Source: Mobula hypostoma (Eukaryota). From it: 64,000 nucleotides of DNA. The stretch covers positions 112,532,001 to 112,596,000 of the forward strand of contig NC_086108.1 in NCBI RefSeq assembly GCF_963921235.1, read 5' to 3'. Of the stretch, positions 39,280 to 49,624 are shown piece by piece. Position 1 is the first letter of the stretch, and each line of letters opens with the position of its first letter. A program made the position numbers and the translations under genes. The notes under the pieces are model-generated. The model was not told the DNA's origin and did no database searches. It saw only the letters and a program-made list of their open reading frames with translations.

Positions 39280-41140
39280 GGGTAAGTTTGCAGATGACAT
39301 AAAAGTTGGTGATGTTGCGGACAGTGTGGAAGGGTGTCGTAGATTACAACAAGACACTGAGAGGACGCAGAGCTAAAATGAGAATTAGCAGATGCAGTTC
39401 AACCTAGAGAAGTGTGAAGTGATTCACTTTAGAAGTTCAAACTTGAAGGCAGAGTGTGTGAGGAACAAAGGAATCTTAGGGTCCAACTCTACAGATCCCT
39501 CAAAGTTGCAGCACAAGTTGATAGGGTTGTTAAGAAGGCATGTGGTGTGTTGCTTCAGTAATCAAGGAAATGAGTTCAAGACCTGCAAGGTGATGTTGCA
39601 GCTCTATAAAATCCTGGCCAGACCACTCCTGGAGTATTGTGTTCAGTTCTGGTCACCTCATTATAGGAAGGGTATAGAGAGGGTGCAGAGGAGATTTGCT
39701 GGGATGCTGCCTGGATTAGAGAGAATAGGTTATGAGGACAGGTTAAGTGAGCTAGGGTTTTTCTCTTTGGAGTGAAGGAGTTTGAGGGTGACTTGATAAA
39801 GGTGTATAAGATTACAGGAGACATAGATCGAGAGGATAACCAGCGTCTTTTCCAGGGCTCCAATGACATCAGCTTAAGGTGAATGGAGGAAAGTATAGGG
39901 GAGACGTCAGAGAGTGGTGATGCCATGGTTAGCATGGCTGAGATGGGCCAAAGGGCCTGTTCCCTGCTGTATAACTTCACTCGCTCATCACTGAAATGTT
40001 CCCACAAGCAGCAGGCTCACTTTTGAGGGCTCTTCATCTCATGTTCTTGATATTTATTGTTCATCGATTATTATTACTTCTTTCTTTTTGTAGTTGCACA
40101 CTGGTTGAATGCTTCAATTGGAGAGGTCTATTATGGTTATTATTCCATTATGGATTTATTGAGTATGCCCACAAGAAAATGAAACCTCAGGTTTGTATAT
40201 GGTGACATATATGTACTTTGATAATACATTTACAGTACTTTGAACTTTTTAACTCTGTGATTCTAGTTACCCCCCCCCCCCACTCCTGGCCCCTTACTTA
40301 CCCCCTCCCTTACTCCAACACAATCAACTACAGCCAATTACTCGTATGTCTTTGGATCATGGGAAACTTTCCACAGGCAGGGCCAGGGGTCAGGGTCGAA
40401 CCTGCGTCTCTGGCGCTGTGAGGCAGTGACTCTACCCACTGCGCCACTTTGTTCCCACACCCACACACAGAGTCTTCAATAATGATACCAGCTGGTCGTT
40501 CCACCATCACTGTCAATTAAACAAATTTTAACTCCAAGCCCTCTCTAACAAAATCTGATCTTTACTTTACTAATCCAAAATCTAATTCATTAGTTCACTG
40601 GTATCATCCTTACATATCCACACATCTTTCTTTTTTTTATTCAAGAAAAACATTCAAAGATGGAAACGAGGTTGAAAGGGTACGGAGAAAATTTACAAGG
40701 ATGTTGCCGGGTCTAGAGGACCTAAGTTATAAGGAAAGATTGAATAGGTTAGGACCTTATTCTTCAGAATGTAGAAGATTGAGAGGAGACTTGATGAAGG
40801 TATACAAAATTATGAGGGGTATAGATAGGGTAAATGCAATCAGGCTTTTTCCACTGACGTTGGGTGGAATGCCAACCAGAGGTCATGGGTTAAGGGTGAA
40901 AGGTGAAATGCTTAAGGGGAATATGAGGGGAAATTTCTTCACTTAAGAGGGTCGTGAGAATGTGGAAAGAGCTGCCAGCAATGTTTAAGAGAAGATTGGA
41001 TAGGTACATGGATGTAGGTGCATGGAGGGGTATGGTCCCAGTGCAAGGCGATGGGAGTAGGCAGTAGATGGGAATAGATTTAGTGTGGACTAGATGGGCT
41101 GAAGAGCCTGTTTCTATGCTGTACTGTTCTATGACTCTAC
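39280..41140 (+). mobile_element. Decayed CR1 fragments (39280-39975, 40670-41140) with intervening SINE/LINE pieces
   Basis: MQFNLEKCEVIHF, RPLLEYCVQFWSP and RLRGDL...TRGH peptides. Confidence 0.75.
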
Positions 41141-41173
41141 TATTGTTAATATGTTAAAATAATTCCTTTAGAG

Positions 41174-41237
41174 CAGGGGTTCCCAGCCTTTTCATGCTAA
41201 TGAGCCCTACTATTAACCCCAGGGTTGGGAACCCCCG
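41174..41237. mobile_element. hAT (Charlie-type) MITE, 64 bp
   Basis: TIRs CAGGGGTTCCCA.../...TGGGAACCCCCG and a perfect 8-bp TSD CTTTAGAG (41166-41173, 41238-41245). A related degenerate copy lies at 53247-53325. Confidence 0.8.
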
Positions 41238-42345
41238 CTTTAGAGTCTCAGAGCACAGAAACAGGCCCTTCGGCCCATCTCACCCATGCCAACTGTGTTG
41301 CCTAGTGAGCTAGTACCATCTGCCCGCCTGTCCTCTCCTGTCCCTGTATTGATCTGGATGGGTTTTAAATGTAGCTAGTATACCTCCCTACCCACCATTT
41401 CTGGCCTCTCAATCCAAATACACACCACACTTTGCATGAAGAAGCTGCCCCTGATGTCCTTTTTAAACCTCTCGTCTCTGACCTTAAACCTCTGCCCTCG
41501 TTTTTTAGCATCACCTCCCTGAGGAAAAAGACTAAGTGTTTCCACCCTGGCTGCACCCCTCATGATTTTATGTATCTCAGTCAAGTCACCTCTCAATCCC
41601 CTGCATTCCAGGGAATAAAATCCTACACGACCTCTCCTCCCCTCCCCACCTTTGAGTACATCCACATGGAGTGCGTCATAGGAAGACAGCACCCATCATC
41701 AAGGACCCCCCGCCCTCCATGCCAGGCTCTTTTCTCACTGCTGCCATCCGGGAGGTACAGGACTCACACCACCAGGCTCAGGAACAGTTATTACCCCTCA
41801 ACCATCAGGGTCCTGAACCAGACGGGATAACTTCACTCACCCCAACACTGAACTGTTCCCACAATCTATGGACTCACTTTCAAGGACATCTCATGTTCTC
41901 AATATTTATTGCTTACTTATTTATATTATTTTGTTTGTTTTTTTGTTTCTTTGTACTTACTGTGAATGCCCACAAGAAAACGAATCTCAGGGTGGTATAA
42001 ATTTACTTTGAACTTTGAACATCCTGATAAATCTTTTCTGCAGTCTTTCTAGTTTAGTAACATCTTCCTATAGCAGGGTGACCAGAACTGCAAACGATAC
42101 TCCAAATCCAACACCTTGTACAGTTGCAACATAATTTCCCAACTCCTGTACTCAGAGCTCTGACTGACGAAAGCCAGTGTTGTAAGCACCTCCTTCACCA
42201 CCCTGTTTACATGAGACGTTCCTTTCAGCAAATGACGCACTTATACTCCTACACGAGGAAATCTGCAGATGCTGGAAATTCAAGCAACACACATCAAAGT
42301 TGCTGGTGAACGCAGCAGGCCAGGCAGCATCTCTAGGAAGAGGTA

Positions 42346-42383
42346 CAGTCGACGTTTCGGGCCGAGACCCTTCGTCAGGACTA
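42346..42383 (-). ncRNA. Minimal hammerhead ribozyme (consensus-like copy)
   Basis: UAGUC CUGACGA A GGGU CUCG GCCC GAA ACGU C GACUG. Confidence 0.82.
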
Positions 42384-43808
42384 ACTGAAGGAAGAGTGAG
42401 TAAGGGATTTGAAAGTTGGAGGGGGAGGGGGAGATGCAAAATGATAGGAGAAGACAGGAGGGGGAGGGATGGAGCCAAGAGCTGGACAGGTGATAGGCAA
42501 AAGGGGATACGAGAGGATCATGGGACAGGAGGCCCAGGGAGAAAGAAAGGGGGAGGGGAGCACTAGAGGAAGATGGAAAGCAGGCAAGGAGTTATTCTGA
42601 GAGGGACAGAGAGAGAAAAAGGGGATGGATAGATAGATAAATAAATAAATAAGGGATGGGGTAAGAAGGGGAGGAGGGGCATTAACGGAAGTTAGAGAAG
42701 TCAATGTTCATGCCATCAGGTTGAAAGCTACCCAGACAGAATATAAGGTGTTGCTCCTCTAACCTGAGTGTGGCTTCATCTTGACAGTAGAGGAGGCCGT
42801 GGATAGACATATCAGAATGGGAATGGGACGTGGAATTAAAATGTGTGGCCACTGGGAGATCCTGCTTTCTCTAGCGGACAGAGCAAGAACAGGAAGACAA
42901 ATTACTATCTGAATGGTGTCAAGTTAGGAAAAGGGGAAGTACAACAAGATTCATTCGTAAGGCCAGTGATGTTGTGGGGATGGAACTGGACTCTCTGACG
43001 GTGGTGACTGAAAAGAGGATGCTGTCCAAGTTGCATGCCATCTTGGACAATGTCTCCCATCCACTACATAATGTACTGGTTGGGCACAGGAGTACATTCA
43101 GCCAGAGACTCATTCCACCGAGATGCAACACAGAGCATCATAGGAAGTCATTCCTGCCTGTGGCCATCAAACTTTACAACTCCTCCCTTGGAGGGTCAGA
43201 CACCCTGAGCCAATAGGCTGGTCCTGGACTTATTTCATAATTTACTGGCATAATTTACATATTACTATTTAACTATTTATGGTTCTATTACTATTTATTA
43301 GTTATGGTGCAACTGTAACAAAAACCAATTTCCCCCGGGATCAATAAAGTATGACTATGACTATGACTATCTAGGTGTCCTTGTTCATCAGTCATTGAAA
43401 GTAAGCATACAGGTACAGCAGGCAGTTAAGAAAGCTAACACAAAATACTCTGCAGCTGCTGGGGTCAAAGGAACACTCACAATATGCTGGAGGATGCCCC
43501 TCCTCCCGTTCTTTCCGGATCCCTTATTTATTTATTGTTTTTTATTTTTTCCTTTTTTTTTCCTCTCTCTGTCCCTCTCACAATAACTCCCTGCCTACTC
43601 TCCATCTTTCTCTGGTGCTCCCCTCCCGCTTTTCTTTCTCCTTGGACCTCCTGTCCCATGACCCTCTCCCTTCTCCAGCCTTGTATCCCTTTTGCCAATC
43701 ACCTGTCCAGCTCTTGGCTCCATCCCTCCCCCTCCTGTCTTCTCCTATCATTTTGGATCTCCCCCTCCCCCTCCAACTTTCAAATCTCTTACTCACTCTT
43801 CCTTCAGT

Positions 43809-43846
43809 TAGTCCTGACGAAGGGTCTCGGCCTGAAACGTCGACTG
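43809..43846 (+). ncRNA. Minimal hammerhead ribozyme
   Basis: TAGTCCTGACGAAGGGTCTCGGCCTGAAACGTCGACTG; core intact. Confidence 0.8.
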
Positions 43847-43942
43847 TACCTCTTCCTAGAGATGCTGCCTGGCCTGCTGTGTTCACCAGCATTTTGTGTG
43901 CGTCACTTATACTCCTATGTCCCTCTGTTCCCTTACACAACT

Positions 43943-46607
43943 CAGACATCCCACCTCTCCCGGGAGTTCCGGGAGTCTCCCGCATATCGATAGTAGCTCC
44001 CTGATGTCCGCAAATTATATACAATATCCCGGAAATCAATTTTTTAGAGGAGAGGGAGAGGGAAAAAAGAAAGAAAGAAAATGAATGAATCCTGCTTGAT
44101 CTCTCTTTGTGCTAAGTAGACCCATCAGTTTTCTCTGTGGGCGGGCTTTACAGTCAACCTCTCTCTCTCTCTTCCATAGTCCATCAGTTCAGTTACTGCC
44201 GTCTGTAATGACGCTAAAATGATCCGGACAACTGTCGGTGATGAAGTACAAAAGCCTGGTGAAGAAATTCCCAAGGCTGGCGGTGACAACCTAACTATGT
44301 GAGGCTGTCCTATATGGGCCGGGCGCATTGGCATCTTAAAGGGGATTAGAGCGGGGCTTAAATTGGAGCGAAATTCCAAAATCGTCCGCTAAGACATCTT
44401 TAAAAACGCGCTCGCAGCAAGCAAATTCTTCAGGGATTTTTTCCTGAAACACTTCCACTTACAGGTACATCAAAGCCCGCGATGGGCTGGGTTTAAGTGC
44501 AGCTGTTTTCAGAAGAAAAAAACAATTTAAATAAATACCCGGCCCCCACCGAGGTCTCATCATTAGGATAGCAAACTGTTTACCTGTACTGTGCACTTTA
44601 TATGCATTTTGAATTACACTTTATTAAATAATATGGTAATATATTGTTTTATACGGTGTGCGTGATATATCTATTGTGGCTACACTGTGGTCCGGACAGA
44701 GGTTGTTTCAATAGACAATAGACAATAGACACAGGAGTAGGCCATTCGGCCCTTTGAGCCGGCACCGCCATTCACTGTGATCATGGCTGATCATCCACAA
44801 TCAGTATCCAGTTCCTGCCTTCTCCCCATATCCCTTGACTCCACTATCTTTAAGAGCTCTATCTAACTCTTTCTTGAAAGAATCCAGAGAATTGACCTCC
44901 ACTGCCTTCTGAGGCAGAGCATTCCACAGATCCACAACCCTCTGTGTGAAAAAGTTTTTCCTCAACTCCGTTCTAAATGGTCTACCCCTTATTCTTAAAC
45001 TTTGGCCTCTGGTTCTGGACTCCCCCAACATTGGGAACATGTTTCCTGCCTCCAGCATGTCCAATTCCTTAATAATCTTACATGTTTCAATAAGATCCCC
45101 TCTCAGCCTTCTACATTCCAGAGTATACAAGCCCAGTCGCTCCAATCTTTCAACATATGACATTCCTGCCATCCGTGGAATTAACCCAGTGAACCTGCAC
45201 TGCACTCCCTCCATAGCAAGAATGTCCTTCCTCAAATTTGGAGACCAAAACTGCACACAATACTCCAGGTGTGGTCTCACCAGGGCCCTGTACGGCTGCA
45301 GGACCTCTTTGCTCTTATACTCAACTCCTCTTGTTATGAAGGCCAACATGCCATTAGCTTTCTTAACTCACAACACACTGGAGGAACTCAGCAGGTTGGG
45401 CAGAATCCGTGGAAACGATCAGTCAACGTTTCCACAGATGCTGCCCGACCTGCTGAGTTCCTCCAGCCTGTTGTGAGTGTTGCTTTGACCCCAGCAGCTG
45501 CAGAGTATTTTGTGTTAGCTTTCTTCACTGCCTGCTGTACCTGTATGCTTACTTTCGGTGACTGATGAACAAGGACACCTAGACCTCGTTGTACTTCCCC
45601 TTTCCTAACTTGACACCATTCAGATAGTAATCTGCCTTCCTGTTCTTACCACCAAAGTGGATAACCTCACATTTATCCACATTAAACTGCATCTGCCCAC
45701 TCATCCAGCCTGTCCAAGTCACCCTGTATTCTTATAACATCCTCCTCACATTTCACACTGCCGCCCAGCTTTGTGTTATCGGCAAATTTGCTAATGTTAC
45801 TTTTAATCCCTTCATCTAGATCATTAATGTATATTCTAAATAGGTGCGGTCCCAGCACCGAGCCTTGCGGTACCCCACTGGTCTCTGCCTGCTATTCTAA
45901 AAAGGACCCGTTAATCTCTACTCTTTGTTTCCTGTCTGCCAAACAATTTTCTATCTTTTCGTTTGTGGACAATCAGCCAGGTGACAATAAACTTGAACTT
46001 GAAGATACAGAACTTCTAAATCACTCATTTAAAATCCCCCATTTCGATGTCAAAAAGTAACTTCTGATCCCGACTATCGCAAGGGGTGGGTGTGTGTGTG
46101 TGTGTGTGTGAGACTACGGATGTATATGTGATCGGACATTGTCCGAATGAACGTTAAGCAGCGCACACCTGTAGTAAGGATACACTTTATGCTTTTATTT
46201 CTTTTAGAGACCACAGCATATCAGGGAGGCTAAGCACAGGGAAGGCTGCTCAAGTATTTCACAGATCGTTTCAGCAGAAAAGCAAAGTCTGACAGAAAAG
46301 GTCACTGGAGCTGAGGTGTACTTTACATCTTTCATCGTTGAGCATAACCTGCCACTCCAGGTGTGGAAGCACACAGGAAAGATATTCAGGAAAATGTTTC
46401 CTGATTCAGAAATAGAAGAAACTATGCCCCTCAGCAACCAAGACAGCGGCTATTGTGAACATGGCACATTAAGACAGAATTCAGAAGTCAGCTGTCTCAC
46501 AAAACACTTGTGAATCTGATGTCTTGCAAAATTAACAAATTCATTGACACAGACTGCTGTGAGGTTGAGACCTCCCTGAAATGAGTTTTTGCAGGGTGGG
46601 ATGTCTG
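43943..46607 (+). mobile_element. hAT-superfamily DNA transposon remnant with 13-bp TIRs and a 6-bp TSD; hosts a CR1 fragment (~44710-45955, minus)
   Basis: CAGACATCCCACC at 43943 and GGTGGGATGTCTG ending at 46607; ACAACT on both sides (43937-42, 46608-13). Transposase-like remnant KVTGAEVYFTSFIVEHNLP..HTGKIFRKMFPDSEI at ~46300-46415. Confidence 0.75.
45365..45514. mobile_element. Hairpin-shaped PLE end fragment of a second subfamily, inside CR1
   Basis: Arms CTGGAGGAACTCAGCAGGTTGGGCAG / CTGCCCGACCTGCTGAGTTCCTCCAG; 11-bp TSD TTAGCTTTCTT (45354-64, 45515-25). Confidence 0.75.
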
Positions 46608-47275
46608 ACAACTTGAACACAAAAGTTTAAAGCTGTTGTCCAACTTTAGATAATATTTTGGAGGCAGAAATTGTACTGTATAATTCTGTCTTTGTTAGAT
46701 ACCTCCCCCAACAACCACACTTTCACGGGCTATTTTTAAAATTCAAATGCACTCTCCAATGCATGTGACGTATTTAAATAATACATTCGAACAGTTTTGT
46801 TTTAATTAAAGGAACACCACATCTCACTGTCAACCCTGAAGAATTGTTACTGATGCACCACAGAAAAAATGCTCTCCGGATGCATCACAGCTCCTCCTGT
46901 GACTACAAGAAACTGCAGAGAGTTGTGGACACAGCTCAGCGACCAGAAACCAACCTCCCCTCCACACGGTCTGCACTTCTCACTGCCTCAGTAAAGCCCC
47001 ACCCACCCGACATTCTCTCTTCTTCCCTTCCCATTGATCAGCAGATACAAAAGCTTCCGGGCTCAAAGACAGCTTCTATTCTGCTATTGTAAAGACTATT
47101 GAACTGTTCCTTATTACAATAAGATAGATTCTTGACCTCACAATCTACCTTAGACCATGAGACCATAAGCAGAATTAGGCCATTCCATCATGGCTGATTT
47201 ATTATCCCTCTCAACCCTGTCCTCCTGCCTTCTCCCCGTAAACTTTGACACCCAACTAATCAATAACCTATCAAC

Positions 47276-47630
47276 GCAAAACACGAGGAAATCCGCAGAT
47301 GCTGGAAATTCAAGCAACACACATAAAAGTTGCTGGTAAACGTAGCAGGCCAAGCAGCATCTCTAGGAAGAGATACAGTCGACGTTTCGGGCCGAGATCC
47401 TTCGTCAGGACTGTACCTCTTCCTAGAGATGCAAACACGAGGAAATCTGCAGATGCTGGAAATTCAAGCAATGCACATCAAGGTTGCTGGTGAACGCAGC
47501 AGGCCAGGCAACAACTCTAGGAAGAGGTACAGACCTGACGAAGGGTCTCGGCCTGAAACGTCGACTGTACCTCTTCCTACAGACGCTGCCTGGCCTGCTG
47601 CGTTCACCAGCATTTTGTGTGTGTTGCTTG
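47276..47630. mobile_element. Double-hairpin PLE-end insertion with two oppositely oriented hammerheads (47376-47413 minus; 47530-47567 plus)
   Basis: 14-bp TSD AATAACCTATCAAC (47262-75, 47631-44), inside a CR1 3' fragment. Each ribozyme core sits at the apex of an inverted repeat. Confidence 0.85.
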
Positions 47631-47904
47631 AATAACCTATCAACCTCCACTTTGTATATATTTAATGACTTGGCTTCCATAGCTGTCTGTGGCAATGAAT
47701 TCCACAGATTCACCACCCGCTGGCTAAAGAAATTCCTCCTCATCTCTGTTCTAAATGGATGTCCCTCTATTCTGAGGCCGTGCCCTCTGGTCCTAGACTC
47801 CCCCCTAGAAACCATAGAAACTACAGCACAGAAACAGGCCTTTTGGCCCTTCTTGGCTCTGCCTCTATAGGAAACATCCTCTCCACATCCACTCTATCTA
47901 GCAG

Positions 47905-48580
47905 ATACCCAACACACCACGGTCTCCCCGGGTCCATTTTGTGGGCTGGGTTACCTCGGCTCCCGCGCGTCTCAGACAACAAATTTCACCGCATATGCCG
48001 GTGATACTAAACCTGATTCTGATTTCTGATCTGGCCCAGGTTGTGGGGATCCCCGGGGGATCTGCCCCGGCTAATTTGAATTGGAATAATTTGGCTCCGA
48101 TTATCTCTGCAGGCTTTCCCTGTCCCGGGTGGCTGTGAGCCCGGCTTCCCTATCCCCGGATACGGGACGATCTCCAGCCCAGCCCTTCCCACCAACACAC
48201 GGCGAGCGAGGCAACCACTTACTTCCTTCTTGATCTCGGCCATCTCATCCTCGCTGAGCGAGGCCGGATCCATCGGGCCGGTCCACCCGCTTGGGACGGG
48301 GTCCGCCGTCCCGTTCCGGGATCGCCCTGGTGCCTGCAGAGAGTCGCCGTGCTCCGGCCGAGAGGCGAGCGGCCGCTTCCTTCCTGCGCTCTGATTTAGG
48401 GCTGTCCCGGGATGCGAACCCCTCCTTCGCGGCGCTGACGCAGGGTGAACCTCCCTCCCTCAGCCACACGCCCACCTCTCGCCGGGAACCCCGGCGCTAA
48501 TCCAGCCCACAACGCTGATAAAACCACCTTCCGCGTTCCCCCGGCGTCTGATTGGCTTCGAAGTTTTCGGCTAGACCTTT
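47905..48580 (-). promoter_or_regulatory. CpG island / promoter and 5' UTR of the putative bcl10 gene
   Basis: Non-repetitive, GC- and CpG-dense stretch around the exon. Minus-strand motifs: AGCCAATCAG CCAAT box (48548-48557), CGGAAG ETS core (48528-48533) and kB-like GGGGTTCCC (48484-48492). Confidence 0.7.
48223..48273 (-). CDS. bcl10: First coding exon of B-cell lymphoma/leukemia 10 (CARD adaptor of the CBM complex); 17 codons, phase-0 donor
   Basis: ATG at 48273 gives MDPASLSEDEMAEIKKE, followed directly by a consensus donor GTAAGT (48222-48217), inside a CpG island. It resembles the BCL10 N-terminus as I recall it (human MEPTAPSLTEEDLTEVKKD, also followed by a phase-0 intron). Only 17 aa are available and exon 2 was not found in the window. 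Confidence 0.82.
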
Positions 48581-49624
48581 ACAACACGGAAGCATGCAGA
48601 ATTGTTTCATGTCATTTCCAGCACACAAGTGTAAAGGAGAACGAAATAATCCAACGCAGCACAAAAACACAGTAAGATAAATAATGCAATAATAATTTTA
48701 AAAATATATGTTAGCTTATACACATAGATGGATTGTACGTCCATAAAGTGACGCTAGTACATAAGGTGACTGACAGGAAATGAAGTAGTGGTGGTTCCAA
48801 ACCGGAATCAGAATCAGGTTTAAAATTTGTCGTTTTGCGGCTGTAGTACAGTGCAATACACACAAAAACTATAAACTATAAATTACAAGATAACTATATA
48901 TTTTTTAAAAGTAATGCAAAAAGAGAGAACTAAGTCGTGATGGGTTCATTGCCCATTCAGAAATCCGATGGCGGAGGGGAAGAAGCTGTTGCTGAAATGT
49001 GGAGTGTTGTACCTCCTCCCCGACGAGAAGAGGGCATGTCCTGGGAGGTGGGGGTCCTTACAGATGGATGCCGCCTTCTTGAGGCATCGCCTTTTGAAGA
49101 TTTTGTCCTTCAGAATCGGGAGGAACTCAGCAGGTCAGGCAGTTCCCCTATGGAGGGAAATAGTCCACGTCTAGGGCCAAGACCCTTCAACAGGTCTGGA
49201 AAAGGACCCAGCTCCCCCCCCCCCCCCGGCCAAACCACCTTCTAATTCTGGCTCTCCCTCCTTCCTTTCCATTCCTGATGAAGGGTCTCAGCCCAAAATG
49301 TTGACTATTTAGTCTCACCTGACTGTTTATTCCCCTCCAGCATTTTGTGTGTGCTACTTTGCAGAATCTCTTGTGTTTAAGACTTCAGAATTAGGTTTGT
49401 TATCAGTGGCATACAGGGTACATGGTGAAATTTGTTGTTTTGTGGCAGCAGTATTGTGCAAGGCATGAAAATTATTAGGAGTCACAAAACAAGGCAGCGG
49501 GACCAGACAGCATCCCAGGGTGAGTACTCAGGATGTGTGCAGAACAACTGGCAGGTGTGTTTACAGACATTATTAATCTCTCCCTCTCCCAGTGTAGAGT
49601 GCCCTGCTGCTTCAAATTGTCCCT

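Larger units (their letters stand above)
42252..43903. mobile_element. Composite inverted Penelope-like insertion: PLE(-) 42252-42884, captured DNA 42885-43494, PLE(+) 43495-43903
   Basis: 14-bp TSD CACTTATACTCCTA (42238-42251, 43904-43917). The left arm encodes DLPVATHFNSTSHSHSDMSIHGLLYCQDEATLRLEEQHLIFCLGSFQPDGMNIDFSNFR* (GIY-YIG C-terminus). Confidence 0.85.

Noticed and set aside
48007..48222. 88-aa single-exon ORF starting at 48273
   Set aside because: Similarity to BCL10 stops at a consensus GTAAGT donor; the remainder is intron read-through.
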